Assembly (NCBI GenBank): GCA_016748015.1 | Contig: JAAOMT010000561.1 | Location: forward strand, 194,026 to 258,025 | Source: Geosiphon pyriformis uo1 | Taxonomy: Eukaryota; Fungi; Glomeromycota | Direction of reading: 5' to 3' | Length of the DNA stretch: 64,000 nt | In this document: positions 47,301-61,512 of the stretch, piece after piece | How positions within the stretch are numbered: position 1 is the stretch's first letter | Layout of the letters: each line of letters starts with the position of its first letter | The notes under the pieces: model-generated | The model's database searches: none | The model's input: only the letters and a program-made list of their open reading frames with translations | What the model was told of the DNA's origin: nothing | Program-made: the position numbers and the translations under genes

Positions 47301-50058
47301 CTATGGATTTACAATCGGCTAGTTGGATGTCCCAGCATCCTCTTTTTTTTCCAGTCTGATTACCCATTTTGTCTATGAACTGTTTTCTGGCTGATGCTAT
47401 GCGTGCTCTCATGTTATGCAACCTGTTCTTGAGTAGTACTTTTCCCAATGTTTTTCATGTTAGAACTGGTGTGCCTATCTTAGACGTGCTGGGCCTGGAT
47501 GGGTACCTAAATGTGGTAAAATCGCTTAAATTTTATGGTTTAGTTTTTACTGCCCAAATGTTGGATCATCATGGCATGTGTTTCAGTTGGTATGCTTTTC
47601 ACAAATGGAAGAGGCTTAACTTGAGAGGTCCAGTCCCTGTATGGTTCATGTCACTTGCCAATTTTGTTGAGAGTGGTGTTTTGGGTAGAGCTCTGATGTC
47701 ACATTCAACTCAAGTGAACTCTTTTTGTGATGTTGGTTTTGTTGCTGAACGTTTGATCACTTCTGGGAGCAACTCTGTTGAGGTCTATACTGACAGTTCT
47801 GTCAAGGGTTTTGGCTTCGTCAATGTGTGTGGTGGTGCTGCCGCCTATTTTCCAGATGCTGATATTAGTATTGACATGCATGTTCATGACTTGTTGTCAT
47901 TAACGTTGGTTGAATTGCATGCTATCGCTTTGGCTTTGGAGTGTGTGCCTGTTTTTAGTGTTGTAATTTTATTAACTGACAGTCAAGCTTTGCTAATTAT
48001 GTGTGATTTCAGTTCAAGTGCATCTAATCCTAATTTTCATTACAAATGCTGGATCAAGAGAGAACATATTTGTCATTTCATTTCAAGTAAGAAATTATCA
48101 GTCACATGGAGAAAGGTTAAAGGATATTCGGGGGTTGTCGGGAATGAGTGAGCTGATTTTTATGCTAATGCTGCGGTTTGTTCTAAAATTTTGTTGCCTC
48201 TCAACATGCCGTATTGCTTCCTTTGTGTTGAGAATAAACCTGTCTTTGGGAATGCACATTGTTACCAGATGAAATTAGAGATATTATTTAGCATAAAATT
48301 ATCTTTATAATCCCTATTATTAATTAGCATATATTATTGTTTCAAATTATCACTTATTACATTAGCAAAATGTCTGAAATTATCATTTAATTAATAACCT
48401 AATTTGCACATAACATAAATGTAACCTAATTGTGATGATCAATCATGCAATATCCCGAACTATGTAACATTCAAAAAGTTTGCCAAAATTTGTAGAAATT
48501 CACTGAAATAATTGATAGTTCACCGAAATATCTAATAGTTTGCAGAAATAACTTGTAGTTTGCCAAAATGTATCTTTAGTTCAGCAAAATTGTAGAAAAT
48601 AGCAAAGTTCAAGTTCATAGAATAGTGTTACAACAAGTTGTATAAAAGAAAAACTTTTCTCTTCGAGAAAATATATCTTACTTCAGATTTAACAATTAGA
48701 ATCATCATTTACACACAAAAACAAAATAAATATCAAATAATTCAAAAAACCAAATTCTTTAAATTATTGCACTTGGAAAATTCTTAAAACCCAACTAATG
48801 TTTTGAAATTGATTAGCTACCAATTTCAATAAACTGTTAGTAACTCCAGGCCTGAATCGAAAACAATTTCCTTGACAGAATTCAATTTTCTTTTACATTT
48901 CTTTTATTTTTCTTTTATTTTCTTATTATAATCATTAGGGTAACTTACAGACAAGATTTTTGTAAAAGAGTTGATTTTTACAGCAAAATAACTACATATT
49001 TTTAGTAAGCTTCCAGATGAGCAATTTTTGGAAAAGAGTTGACATTTACTACAATGTAACTACACAAAGCAACTGGCATGGAATTGGCCATTCCACTTAT
49101 AAGTCCAGCAGTTCAAATTATAGGAGATAATTAAAGATAAAATTCAGTTATTGGAGGTTCAAACACTTTTCATAGTCATGAATTAACAGCATTACAACAA
49201 ATATACAAGAGCTAAGAAGAGACCAAAAACCTCCAGTAACAGTGTCACTTTGTCAAGACTTTGTTTAATTCAATAAATTATGTCGGATGGGAGTCTAAAT
49301 ATGTGAGCAGTGTTGTTGGGGTAGGTGCTTTTGCTGATATTGATATGGGCAAGTCTTTTGGCATTTGGCATCCTAATGGCAAGATTTAATCAGGCTTCAC
49401 CAGTTTGTTTTCAGCTTCTTTGCATTCCTACTTGTTGAAAGCTCTGCATTATTGCCTGCCAGTCACCATGAGAAAGAGACTTTATAATTCAAAGTATTCT
49501 AGTGTGCTGTGCATTAAATGTAGTATGACCGAAGATTCTGATCACGTGTTTCTATGTGCTCATGACGACAATGCCAAAAGAGATTTGTTGTCAGCCACTT
49601 GTGCTGATTGGAGTGTGTTGGTGAGTGCTTCTGCTGTCAATGGTGTGGTTGCCCATTCATTAGATAATGCTGTGTCATCTGGGAATTTATATATACTGCT
49701 GGCCAAAGAGTTTGTTTTAAAGGACTGGGTGGCTGATGCTGTCCGGCATTTTGGGTCTGAAGCTGGTGGCAATTTGATCATCAGGTTAGTTTGTAGTATT
49801 GCAGAGAGTCACCGGTCTAGTATTTGGTTGCCTGCAGCTAAATTGAGGTCATTTTATGAGAAGAACAATATTTTGCCCCGAGATGGGTCAGTCATTCCTT
49901 TGGTGGCTGGTTTGTCCTTTTTTCGGCCTGTCGAAGTCATCCATAGCTTCAATGTCAGGTTGGGCATTCACATGTGTTTTGGTTTGTATCCTTGTTTAGC
50001 TAGCTTGAGTTTTGGCTTTCTGAGTCGTTTTCCTGCAGCGGTTCCTATAAGTGTATAG
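44393..50058 (+). pseudogene. LINE ORF2: AP endonuclease, reverse transcriptase, RNase H, C-terminal Cys/His motif
   Basis: FATCNIGG..ETKL, LGADFN, IDYIF, TDH (APE). RPITLIE, QGEVFSPLL, AFVDDT (RT). VYTDSS..ELHAI..TDSQ..KVKGYSGVVGNE (RNase H). CIKC..EDSDHVFLC. Confidence 0.93.
48260..49241. mobile_element. Solo-LTR-like insertion (982 bp) in LINE copy 2
   Basis: TGTTACCA...CAGTAACA termini. Flanks acat/gtgt are explained by a decayed GCGT TSD. Internal short repeats (agtttgccaaaa/agttcaccgaaa). Confidence 0.8.
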
Positions 50059-53000
50059 TGCTACTTTGATTGGTCTGAGTGACCGGTTACATGTAGAAAG
50101 AGCATGAGCCACATTTAATTTATGATCTTGTTTGATTATATGTATTTAGATAGTAGTTGGGCTGCATTCATAAAACTCTAATAAAAAAAAATAAAAAAAA
50201 AATTTAAATAATATTTGTTTTTTAAAAGTTTTTTAATTTGGATTAAAATTAAATCAAAAAATATTAAATACACAAATTTATTTCAAAAATAAAAATAAAT
50301 TATAAAAATACTTTTTATTACTAAAGATTTTATTAGATTAAATTAAAAAATTAAAAATTTTTATGTTATTTATTTAATAATAGATTTTTAAAATCAAGTT
50401 TTTAAAATGTAAATTTAAGAATAATTATAAAAATTTTAACGCTTTAATATTTTATAAATCAGTTAGAAAATTTTAAAATAATTAATTATTGTCGTTATTA
50501 TTTTTGTGAGTTTAAAAATTAAAAATTAAAAATTAAAAAATATATAAATAATATTATATATTTTAAAATAAACAAAACAAAATTAATAATTAAGAATGTT
50601 AAATTTTTAAGATCTTAAAAATACTTAGATAATAAATGTTTACTTTAAATATTTTTTCAAAAAAATAATAAACCATGTGCTTAACATTATACTTGAAAAA
50701 AAACAGTAATTAATGATGCTCAATTATTTGCAATGCATATACCAAGTAATTCTATTAATACAATAGTGTTGATGTAATTGTCGGGTTTTACATTTGGATC
50801 GAAAAAATGGTTTTTCTTTTCATGAGTAAATCTTCATAGAATAATTGCAACCAGGAATAATACAAAAGACACAGGTTATTTACCTTTGAATTTTTGAACA
50901 CATAATAAAAGTTGATATTGGTAAGTTTATCAGTAATATTTTTTAAAAAAAGTAAATTTGACGTGTATTTCAATTTTATAAACAGTGTAATAAAAGCGTT
51001 TTATACAAATTTCTTCAAAGTTAACCCTAAATTTCAAAAGTGGCAAATTGTAAAGACAACCCATTTATTTTGAGAAAGAATGTTTTTAATTAAAAGTGTA
51101 ATTTTTTAAAATGAATTTTTTTTTAAAAAATTCCTCCAATTTCAAACTTTTAATTAAAGCAATATTTTAAACAATTATTTTCTGGTTTAATAATAGCCAT
51201 GGATATTTTAAATACTGATATATTTAATAATTAACATGGCTATTAATTTTTTTTATTAATGCATAAAAGTATAATAGTTTTGTTATCTTTGTTTTGATAA
51301 TTACACATTAAATTTTTTTTTATTAGTTAAAAATTGATATTTTAAAAGTAAATTTTTTAATTTAATAATTTCTTATTATAATTTTTACTTGAATTTTATC
51401 ATTCTAAATTCATTTATTCTATTTTCTTTTGTTTATTAGTTTTTTATTTTAAGTTACAACAATATATTTTATTCAATGGATAAGTAATTATTTTTTTAAA
51501 TAATATTAAATAGCTTTAAAAGTTAAGTTTTTTTAATCTCATATTTAATTTTATAAAGATTAAGTGAATTAAAATAAACTTTTCTAAATTCTAATTGGGA
51601 GGGAATTACTTTGACATATATCTTACAAAAACTTTTAATTATATTGCAATTTTACCTATCATCGACAGACTCAAGTCCCTTAAATCTTAATAGACTAGTT
51701 AACTTAAAAAAAAAACGATTATTCGAATAATTTGATAAAATTTTTTCATAATACTCTTTCCTATTCCTTAATTAATCATTAGAAAAAGAGTGAAACTTTA
51801 TTTTCAATAGCAAATTGAAAGTACTTGAAAAATAATTTTTATTTTAATATAGATAATGAAATTCAAAGCTACGTAATGTTTCAATTAAATGATTTTTTAT
51901 CACTAAATATTATGATATGAAAATTTTTTGAGAATAAATAATTTCTTTCTGCTGTGCTTTTTAATTCCTTTCAATTTATTATTCATGTTTTCAAATTATT
52001 CTCGTCAATGTACCTGTAAAATCAGATGCTGAACCTAAAATTGTAATAATGATTTGTCAGCTAGTTCAGAAAGTATGCTTGTTATTTGAAAAATAAGGAA
52101 AAAAGCCAAAAATTTTTTAACCATTTATCTAAAATAAAAGTTTAAATTCACAGTTTGAAGACCAACAAAAATCAATACTCAAGAAGGATCATTAAAGGAA
52201 TGCGTAGTTGGTGATATTAAGACAAAGTATTTGGGTAGTTGATATGAAGGGGTTCAGGAATTTAGGAATCCTCAATCAAATTAAAGATTCATTAAATCCA
52301 AATCCGTTAGAAAGCAATTTAGGCAGTAAATTGAGGGAAGTCTCTTGACTTCAAAAAAATAGGTTACCTTTATTCGAAATATGAAGTTAAAAATTTTTTT
52401 AATATTTTTAAATTCGTGATACTTACATATATTACTTGATCACAATTGTGATTGGTATTACCAATTAAAATGTATAATTAAAGTTTAATCAATTTACCAA
52501 TGAGAAAAAAATATCGCTTTGATTTATACTGAAATATATTCATCGCCATTACTATGAAAGTCAAGTTAAAGAAGGGGAGGGATTTTAATTGGACCTGTGA
52601 TTAAAATGAATAAATATGGTGTCCTATTAACTGAATACCAAATTAAGCAGAAACTTAACCCTTTGAATATGATCACTAAGCATAATGATAACAAAGAAAA
52701 AGATAAGATGGCATTCAAAAAAGATCCATCAATCGATGAATTAAGATTAAAGCGAGAAGGTTATAAAAAAGACTACAGTACAGTACAGTACAGTACCATT
52801 TACATATTCACTTATAAATATTTCTTTTCAATTAAATTCGCTTTCTTTTTAATTTCTCAATCAACTTCTATATATTCTTTCTAAAAAAAAAAAAATTAAT
52901 TTTGGAATACTAATGTTATTAAATTACTTTTTGGATTTTTATTTTTCTTCGCTTCATTTTCTTTGTCAATGCCGCTAATCAATCTGATACCGTCCTAAAC

Positions 53001-53737
53001 TTAAACGCTACAAATCCAAGTCGTCGTGACGTTTCTTCTTCAAATAAACTTGCCACTGTTTCAAGACCATCATTTTTGTAAACGCCAAGAAGATGAGGGA
53101 GAACCATTTATATCCGAAGACAAATATAGTCGCACAATAATTTGTTATATTATCGATTATGGTTTTGAAGATGATGAATTTGTGCGCCGTCGATATAGGA
53201 AACAATATCGTTTTGGAAAATCTCATCGTAAAACTGGCTTGAAAACACTATCATTATTAAATAAATTTAAATTGTATAAATAGGCTGAGTCAAGTGTAAA
53301 TCTTTAACATAGATTAAAAAAACTTGGTTTAGTTTTTTTTGTACAAATTAGTGTCCTTATAATATTGTAAAAATGATAAAAATCTCAGAAGGGGGGAGGC
53401 AATTTTCTAGTCATTAAATAAAAATTTTGATTTGAATATTACTTTAAGTTTCTAAGGGAAAATTTATGTGAACTATTTTTTTGACGAAAATTTTTCAAGC
53501 AAAATTATTTCAAATTTCAAATTTTTGTTTAAATTAAAATAACTTTTTTTTATTATGAATTTATTATCATTATTTCTGCTAATATTGGTTATTTGAATTT
53601 TTATATTTTGTTATTACATTATTATCTTTTAATTATTTTCAATTATATCATTTTACTATTTTAATTACAAAAATTTAAAATAATTTATATTGTATTATTA
53701 CAGTTAATAAGGTTGCTATAAATAATGTTATTAGCGA

Positions 53738-53774
<37 letters not shown>

Positions 53775-54594
53775 TTAAAAATAAAAAGATTGTTTATAAT
53801 ATGTATTTTTGGTTAAATAATAATTATTTTTAATAAATTTGATTCTTTTAATTGTTAAAAAAAAAATTATTTTTGTTACTGTGAATATAAGATTTTTTCA
53901 AGAATGTTGCATTTAAAAGTTACTTTTAAAAAATTATTGCCAAATTTCAGGAAATATTTTAATGTTTTTTTATAAAATATGTGTAAATGAATTTTATTGG
54001 TTTAAAAATCTAAAATACAAGCTATAATAATTTGATTTGATTTGAAATAATTTTAGCATTAAATTAATATTTAGGTTCAGAATTAAATATTTTTAAGGTA
54101 AGTCTTCATCTTCAGATTTTTCGATAATATAATAAAAACAGGTATCTCCAAATTCCTAAAGATAATTATAGTAAGTAGTGCGAGTTAGAATTAATTTAGA
54201 TGATATTATATCTTCAATTGTGAAATTGGAAGCTGAGTTTACAGTTATAGGCTCAGCATCTGATTGAATAGCTTCATTAACAAAAAATTTATAAAAGATT
54301 AATTAAAACAGATATTTTTGAGTATCATGGTACTTAGCAATAAAAAAAAACTTTGATAGATATCTAATATAACTTTGAATTTCATTATCGGTTGAATATA
54401 AAGGTTGTCATTTTAAGTAAATAAGTTTTGGAATTAAATTTTATTGGATAAATTTTAGTTTAATTGCTTATGATTTAAAGTAATATAAAATAAAAATTTT
54501 GTAACCAGATATCTTCGTATTTCTTCTATATCAAAATAAAGAACATTGTTAAAGTACTTTCAAATTCTACTAAAAACGCAGTCTTACTCTTTTT

Positions 54595-56278
54595 CTAATG
54601 ATTAGTTAAGGAATCCGAAAGAGCATTATGAAAACTCATTGTTAAATTATTCGAATACCGCTTTGTTTCAAGGTGATGAGGTAAGGAAACTATCATCGTT
54701 CGAGAACCTTCAACTGCTGTCGAACCTAGCGATGATGGTAATACTGATAAACCATATGAAAGTCCTTTATGTAGTAAACGTTCGTTGTAGATATATGCTA
54801 AAGCGGTTCCCCAACCCCCAGAAGTAATACCTATTTTATTTTTTAATTAAGAGTACTGATTAGAATTATATATACAGAGGAATCATGAGAAATGGTTAGA
54901 TGCTTACTTAGCGGTAAAAAATAAATCCCAATAGAAGTTATCTAGAATTAAAAAAGTTTATCTTAAAACAACTTCACTCAACTTATTTCAATAAAATAAA
55001 TTTGAGATTAAACAAACTTACTTTAAAGCTACTGAAGAGGACGTTAAAAAGAACGAGTGGTAGCTAAATATTTGAAGAAATTTATACAAAACAATGTTAA
55101 TTACTGTTTTAAAAAATTGTTGTCTTTTTAAATGAAACTACTTGCCCATTGAATTAAATATATTAAAACATAAGAAGTAATCTTCTTAGTTATAATATTT
55201 TCTAAATTCCTTCGCCTATGACTTAATTGTAGATCAGATAATTCACGTCGATTCTTAAAAAGGCAAACTAAAATCCCGATGAAAGATAATAATGTGATAA
55301 AGATTGGAATCAGGGTTGAGAATATATCTACTATAAGATACAAAAATCGATTATCTTTTCCACTACACCTAAAAATTAATTCTTTAGTTAGAAATATACG
55401 AATCAAATTTTTTTAGCCTATGTTATTCTATTTTTAACATACCAGTATTTTAAACGTCCATAGCCATCATTGAGCCGGGGAATAATTGTAAAAATTGTAA
55501 GAATGTTAATGATGAAAAATAATCTACGATCATAACGTCCTAATTCCCAGTTAACTAGACGGACAACTTTAAAATGAGGTTGGGTAAGTTATTTTTTAGT
55601 TAAAATCTATCATCAGATTCCTAAATTCATATTCAAACAAATTTAATCGAACTAATCATATACCTTTTATATAAGTTAAAACTGAAATAATTACATATAA
55701 GTATCTATTCCAACTATAAACAACATCTTTAAATAAAGCAAGAGACACACATAATGTTGAGTCCGGAATGTAACCAGTAACCGAGAAATAAACCTAAAGG
55801 GAAATAAATTTTATTATATCCATATCGATTTAAATGTGTAAATTAATAAATTTTAAAATTTTTTGAATCTCTTACAAATTCATAAAAATGGAGTAAAGTT
55901 AGAAAAAGATCTATTTTAAAATTTGAAATGTCTTTTAGTTGATAAGAAATTATACATATTAATTAACTTAAGTATTTTGGTACTAGTACCTGTGATAGCT
56001 GTATAGCCAGGCAATCGATCAGACATGGGCAATATTCCTGATTCACTAGCTCTCCATTTTAAAAACACTCGAACCAAAATATATAGACACCCGACTAAAT
56101 TGAAAAAAAGCATAATAACCAATGCTGAATATAATGCGTGATTTACGACTGTATGGTCGTTCATAGTAACTGACGTTTCGGATGCTATATAATCTATTGG
56201 TAATGATTTGTTAAATGATTCAGCAAATATCCCAATGACTTGAAAAAGAAGGAAAAAAGCAGCGAGTTTTCTGGCCAT
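54595..56278 (-). CDS. G-protein-coupled-receptor-like 7TM protein with N-terminal signal peptide, multi-exon
   Basis: Manual splicing gives LPMSDRLPGYTAIT|DLFLTLLH..|..ELGRYDRRL..YGRLKYW|C..KKITSYVLIYLIQW..|..GGWGTALAYIYNE..*. Resembles fungal Git3/cAMP-receptor-like GPCRs. The small exons at 54.9-55.1 kb are less certain. Confidence 0.8.
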
Positions 56279-59200
56279 TTTTCAGAAATCAATAATGATA
56301 AATAATCTTAAAGGAATGTCTAATGGCTATATTACAACAAGATTCTTCAAACAAAATCTGCTCGAAAGGAGTTGGGTTAAGTATATTAGCTGGCTGAGGC
56401 AAGCTTTCATAACCTACTAATAAATATGATGAGTTATTATTTGAAATATGAATTTCAAATTTTCTGCTAGATAAAGATAATTTACTTATCTTTACTCGTA
56501 TCACATTAGGCTTAGCTACTGATCGGTCGATCACTAGTTAATTATTACTTAATAACATTGAATCGAAATTAGGATATATCATGAAGCCATCTCAATAAAG
56601 GTCAAGGTGGTGAAATCTAGCCATTTTTTTCAAGTATAAATCTAGCTAAAGGCCTATAAATCCACCAAAGAATTAAATTAAAAGAAATAATTTACTCGAT
56701 AAAAACTATTAATTACTTTTTCGGTTTTATATCTTTAAGGTTCTGTTAAATAAATGTATTTTTAGGGATTTTTTGATATTTTCATTCATAAAAATTATAC
56801 TTTCATAAAAAACTTGTTAAAATGTATTACAGATTCATCTTCGAAATAAATAACTCGCCTTTACATATGAGATTTTAGAGAGAAATTTGATTTTTAATTA
56901 ACAATCCAACGACTGGGGTTCTATTCCAAATATAAAGCGAATTTTTAGATAATTTTTACTTAGGTTGCTCTTTTGCTAATCAGTTATTAAGAATTTAGCC
57001 TCTTTTTCCTTATATAATACGATTCTAAAGATTATCAGGATGGGAGAACGCTTTGATATTTAATTCAAAAGTAGTTTCAAGTATTACCAGAAAACCGCGT
57101 TTATTCCGCATTTAAAATACAAACCTGATAGCTCTGTGCATTTCTCAATCATCCAGTTTTAATAAAGGAGCTTGCTTAGAAATATTATTACAAGCACGAC
57201 ATTTTTCTTTTTCTAAACTAAAAAAGTAAAAAGTTGCTAAAGTTAGTATGTGTGTTTTTCGCCAATTTGTTACTTAGATATAATCACAATAGCGGAAATT
57301 CACTTAAGAAGACTTTATTACCTTTAAAACGAAGAATTAATATTATTTTTGATTTCGATATCATAAGATTCTTCATAAACATCCATGCCAAAAACCTAAA
57401 ACTATATATTTTGCTAATTTTGCTAATGGATTGAATAGAACCCTCACTAAAATCTAAAACCATGTCAATTTTAATTCTGCCAACGGATTGATTAAACCTC
57501 TTGCTGACCCTTAGCGTCAACGAATTGACTAGACAATTTGCCATTAACAAAAACACAACATCCAAATTTACATGTCTCAATTAAAAATTAGGATTATGGT
57601 GACCATTGAAAATTCCACAACACCTAAATATAAACCAAATAAATATTGAATTAATATCAATCCATCGTTTTTTAATCTATTGACCAACAATATGATATGG
57701 TAGTATTTTAAATCATCCAATAAGTATAATTTTCTTAACTTTTTTAGCTGTTTAATTATAATACTGAACTTAAACCTGGTAAATATATTAAGATTAAAAG
57801 CTTTGTTTAAAAGAACTTATTGATTGCTAGATTTAATGATTGAATGCGGAAAATTAATTCATTGACAATTACAGTTTTTGTTTTTGTTTTTTTTTGTCTT
57901 ATGTTTTATTAAATATACCGAAGTTAATGTGTGAATTATATGTTTGACTAATTTATATACATATTTATTAAAATATTTATAATATATAAATGCTATAAAC
58001 AAAATTAAAACGCATTTTAAAAAATTGCTATACATTAATTTAATTTATTTTTGGTTTTATAATTAGTATTTTTTGTATAATATTTTTAATATTATTCAAA
58101 TATATTTTTTTAAATACTACTTTTAAAAAAGAAAAATTCCAATTAAAAAATTATAATCTAATTTTTTGGAGTGTTTTGCTTCTGTTGTCTATTGTCATTG
58201 AAAAGTTTTTTTAATGTTTGTAAAAATGTTTATTTTTTGATATTATTAAATATTTTAATATTATATATATATTATATAATTAACTATTAAACTTTAATCA
58301 ATATTTTTCTATTTTTAATAAACAGTAATATTATTCCAATTATTTACCAAAAAAAAATATGAAAAAAAAATTATTTTGATTGAAAAAAGAATATTTATTA
58401 AATTTGTAAGTTTATAAAAATATCTAGTATTAATATTGTTTTATCTTTAAAAAATCTTGTCTTTTAAAATAGTAATATAAATAAATAAAATAAAAATAAA
58501 AATGATGTGATTAATAAAACAAGTTTTAATTTGAACAGTAATAAAAAAATACCAGATAATACTATTAATTTGATTTAAAAGGCATTAAAACTAAGTATAT
58601 TATAATTAAAAATAAAAAAAATTGAACTTTAAAGATAAAAATATAAATATATCATTTTTTTTTGCTATTATTTTTGTTTATTATTTTTTTTTACCAAAAA
58701 AAAAACTTGTATTTGTTTTTGAAAAGTTTTCTTTATTGGATATCAATTTTTTAGCTATAAATAACACTTAAAAAAAATTATTAATTATTAAAAAGTTATT
58801 TTCTTTAGTAATTGATTTTAAAAAAGCCTTTATTCTATGCGAACCCTTTCAATAAGCAAATTATTGGAGATCTTCCGAGGTTTGGTTTCCATTTCGGCCA
58901 ATAATATTTTTGGTAGAATTTTTATTTGAAAATTAGCGATATAAGTCACTAGGAGATTAATAATAATCTAATAATCTTCAAAAAATACACCAATATTAAC
59001 GAAAATATTCAAGATTAAGATTATAAAAATATTTTCTCAATTCGATGTAATTTTTTTCTTGCTTCACAAATGGGGAAAAACTTTCCGTTTTTTTCCCAAG
59101 GTAACGTTCTCGATATGAATTCGGCTATATATAATGAAGAGAGCTACGTAATCACAAACTATGCGATTGATTTCTGCTAATACACCAATTAGTTTTCATT

Positions 59201-59762
59201 GCTTTTGCCAATTTTTTATTATAAATTAAAAGTTTAATTTTAAATATTAAATTTAAATTTTCAATCTCTTAATACGGGATGCATCTACAGATTTGATAAG
59301 CATAATGATAAGCCGATATTTTTATACTTCCAACTCATTTACCTTGAATCAATTTTTACTTTTCATAACAACGTGAATTCCTTGAACTTATGAATTTATT
59401 TCAAAGTAAAGAAGATTGTAAAGAACAATAAAAGTTTTTATATATTTTAAATTTAGAGCGTAAATTTTTATTTTATTTTTTCTGATTACAAGAGCGTTTT
59501 TTATTATCTTTTATCTTCTTGACTACGGGAACTTCATTATTCGTCATTTTAAAGATATCTTAGTACTACTTACTTTATTTTGGGATTGAAATAATATAAT
59601 CCTTAATCAGAAAATCCCTTTTATAAGGATGGAGTTATATGACATTTATTTAAAAGCCTTTTTTTAAGATAAATAAAATAATATATGCAACCAAGATAAT
59701 TCAATTGATTGATATGCTAATTTTACTTTATTTTGAGTAAGATGGATGGCATCACTCAGTAA

Positions 59763-61512
59763 CTATACTTTCTTGAGGAGGGTTACTGCTATTCTTTGAT
59801 GGGGTAAAAAGTTATAAAATTTTTTTGATTTAAAATTTTTCAGATTGGTCATCATATCATGCTCTTGTAGTATTAATTTTCTATCTTCAGTTTTCAAACT
59901 TTTAATGTTAATATCAAAGTTATGAGGGTTAGTGTCTTGTGAAGTCTTTCTAGTAAAACTCATGTCACTATTTGTGAGTTTTAAAGTGCTTTTTCTGAGG
60001 ACACTTAAAGATAATTATGATGATTTTAAATTTTGTAATTTTGCATCACTTGTAAGAGATTGACCAGTTGTGAGTGGTGGGTTTATAGTGCTATTCAAGA
60101 TTTGAATGAGAAAAATTGACAAATTTAAAAATTTTTTAATGAGGATAAAAATTGACAAATTTAACACTTACTTATAAATAAAAAATGCTTGGGAAATGGT
60201 AATCAATACAGGAATAACAAAATTCCATATCAAAATATATAAGATGTTCACAGCTGATATGAAGATTTTATTGTTATGCTGCCACATACCATAAAGAAAA
60301 CATACAATGGTATAGGCGCCATTGGTCTCGACAAATGTAAATACTACTGTATTCAACTAATTTAATTATTTTTAAGAATCAAGATTAGATTTGTGATAAA
60401 AAAAGCGACTATTAATTTGCAATTAGAATAAAATTTACTTACACTTTTTGTAGCTCTTTTGACCCTTAATAACCTCCATTTTATGTCATGATAACCACTT
60501 TCATGTTTATGTTTCAATTCTCTTATATGAATCTTTAATATATTGATCAACTTATACCAAAAAGTTATACAAGTTGAAACATAAGCGAATGACCAACAAG
60601 TCCAAACGAGATAATGAATCTTGAAATATTTGTTTGCGTTTTCAATATCATCTTGATCGGCATAGTAGCCTGTTAATATCGCTAACGGAATACCACATAC
60701 AGCTGGGCCAAACATTAACGTTAATCCCATATATCAAGTAAATACTTGTTTGGTGTCCATCCAGCTGCTGAAGTTGAGTAAACATTTGGTGTTGAATATA
60801 CTATCAAAAGATGATTATAAAAGAAAAAATAAGTAAAATTAATTTCAAATCGAAAAATAATGTTCAATATGCTTTTGATAAGAAACAATTTAATTGCGAA
60901 ATTTTACCAAGACTTATAGGCAAAAATATTACTAAACCAAAACCAATAAGACGTGGAATATCCTGTAATACTAAAAGATAAATTATTCGTTAAGTTTATA
61001 AGATTCGAATTTGAAAAATGGTTTAATTTCAACATATAAGATATATTAAATTCTCACATTCTGCAATGATTGTGTTTGGAAAGGCATCAAAAATCAACGG
61101 AAACAAATAAAGAAGATGCACTAAAAAAAAGTTGACAAATTTGATAAGGTCTAAATCAACAAAAATAAATTTATCCTTAAAACTCAAGAATATTACCTGT
61201 ATTAAAAACAAAAGCAATGATGTGAAAAGAATCTTGACCTCTTGGTCTTATAATTCTTCTTCCTTTTGTTGGGGGAAAAAATAATGATTGATCTTTTATT
61301 CGTGTTCGATAGAAGAGAAAGCAGCCGCTAATCAACGTGATTATAATTGTATATGGTATTAAAATCCAATATACATGTTGAAGAAAGCGTCCTTCCTCAC
61401 ACCCTCTAATATTAATCCTAAAATCACAGACGCGTTTCTCCAGGATTTCAGTAGAATTTGTTGATGTAATGTTTTTACAAACAAGCGCAAAACCATTTTT
61501 TAAAATTACCAT
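59763..61512 (-). pseudogene. Multi-pass (probably 7TM) membrane protein gene with apparent frameshift
   Basis: CDFR..CEEG ectodomain and hydrophobic exons with GT-AG introns. 1-nt frame break at ~60731 and an in-frame TAA at ~60015 ahead of a further open stretch. Confidence 0.65.

Larger units (their letters stand above)
42415..50200 (+). mobile_element. LINE (non-LTR) retrotransposon copy 2, near full length, inactivated
   Basis: ORF1 and ORF2 (APE, RT, RNase H, Cys/His motif), 3' UTR and A-rich tail at ~50180-50200. Confidence 0.95.

Noticed and set aside
51940-52250. Intron-like GTATGC...CACAG with coding-like flanks
   Set aside because: No continuous reading frame or recognisable product could be assembled.
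52910-53283. Possible small secreted protein with a KR cleavage site
   Set aside because: The hydrophobic leader, spacer and KRQED segments lie in different frames, there is no clean ATG-initiated ORF, and no family is recognisable.
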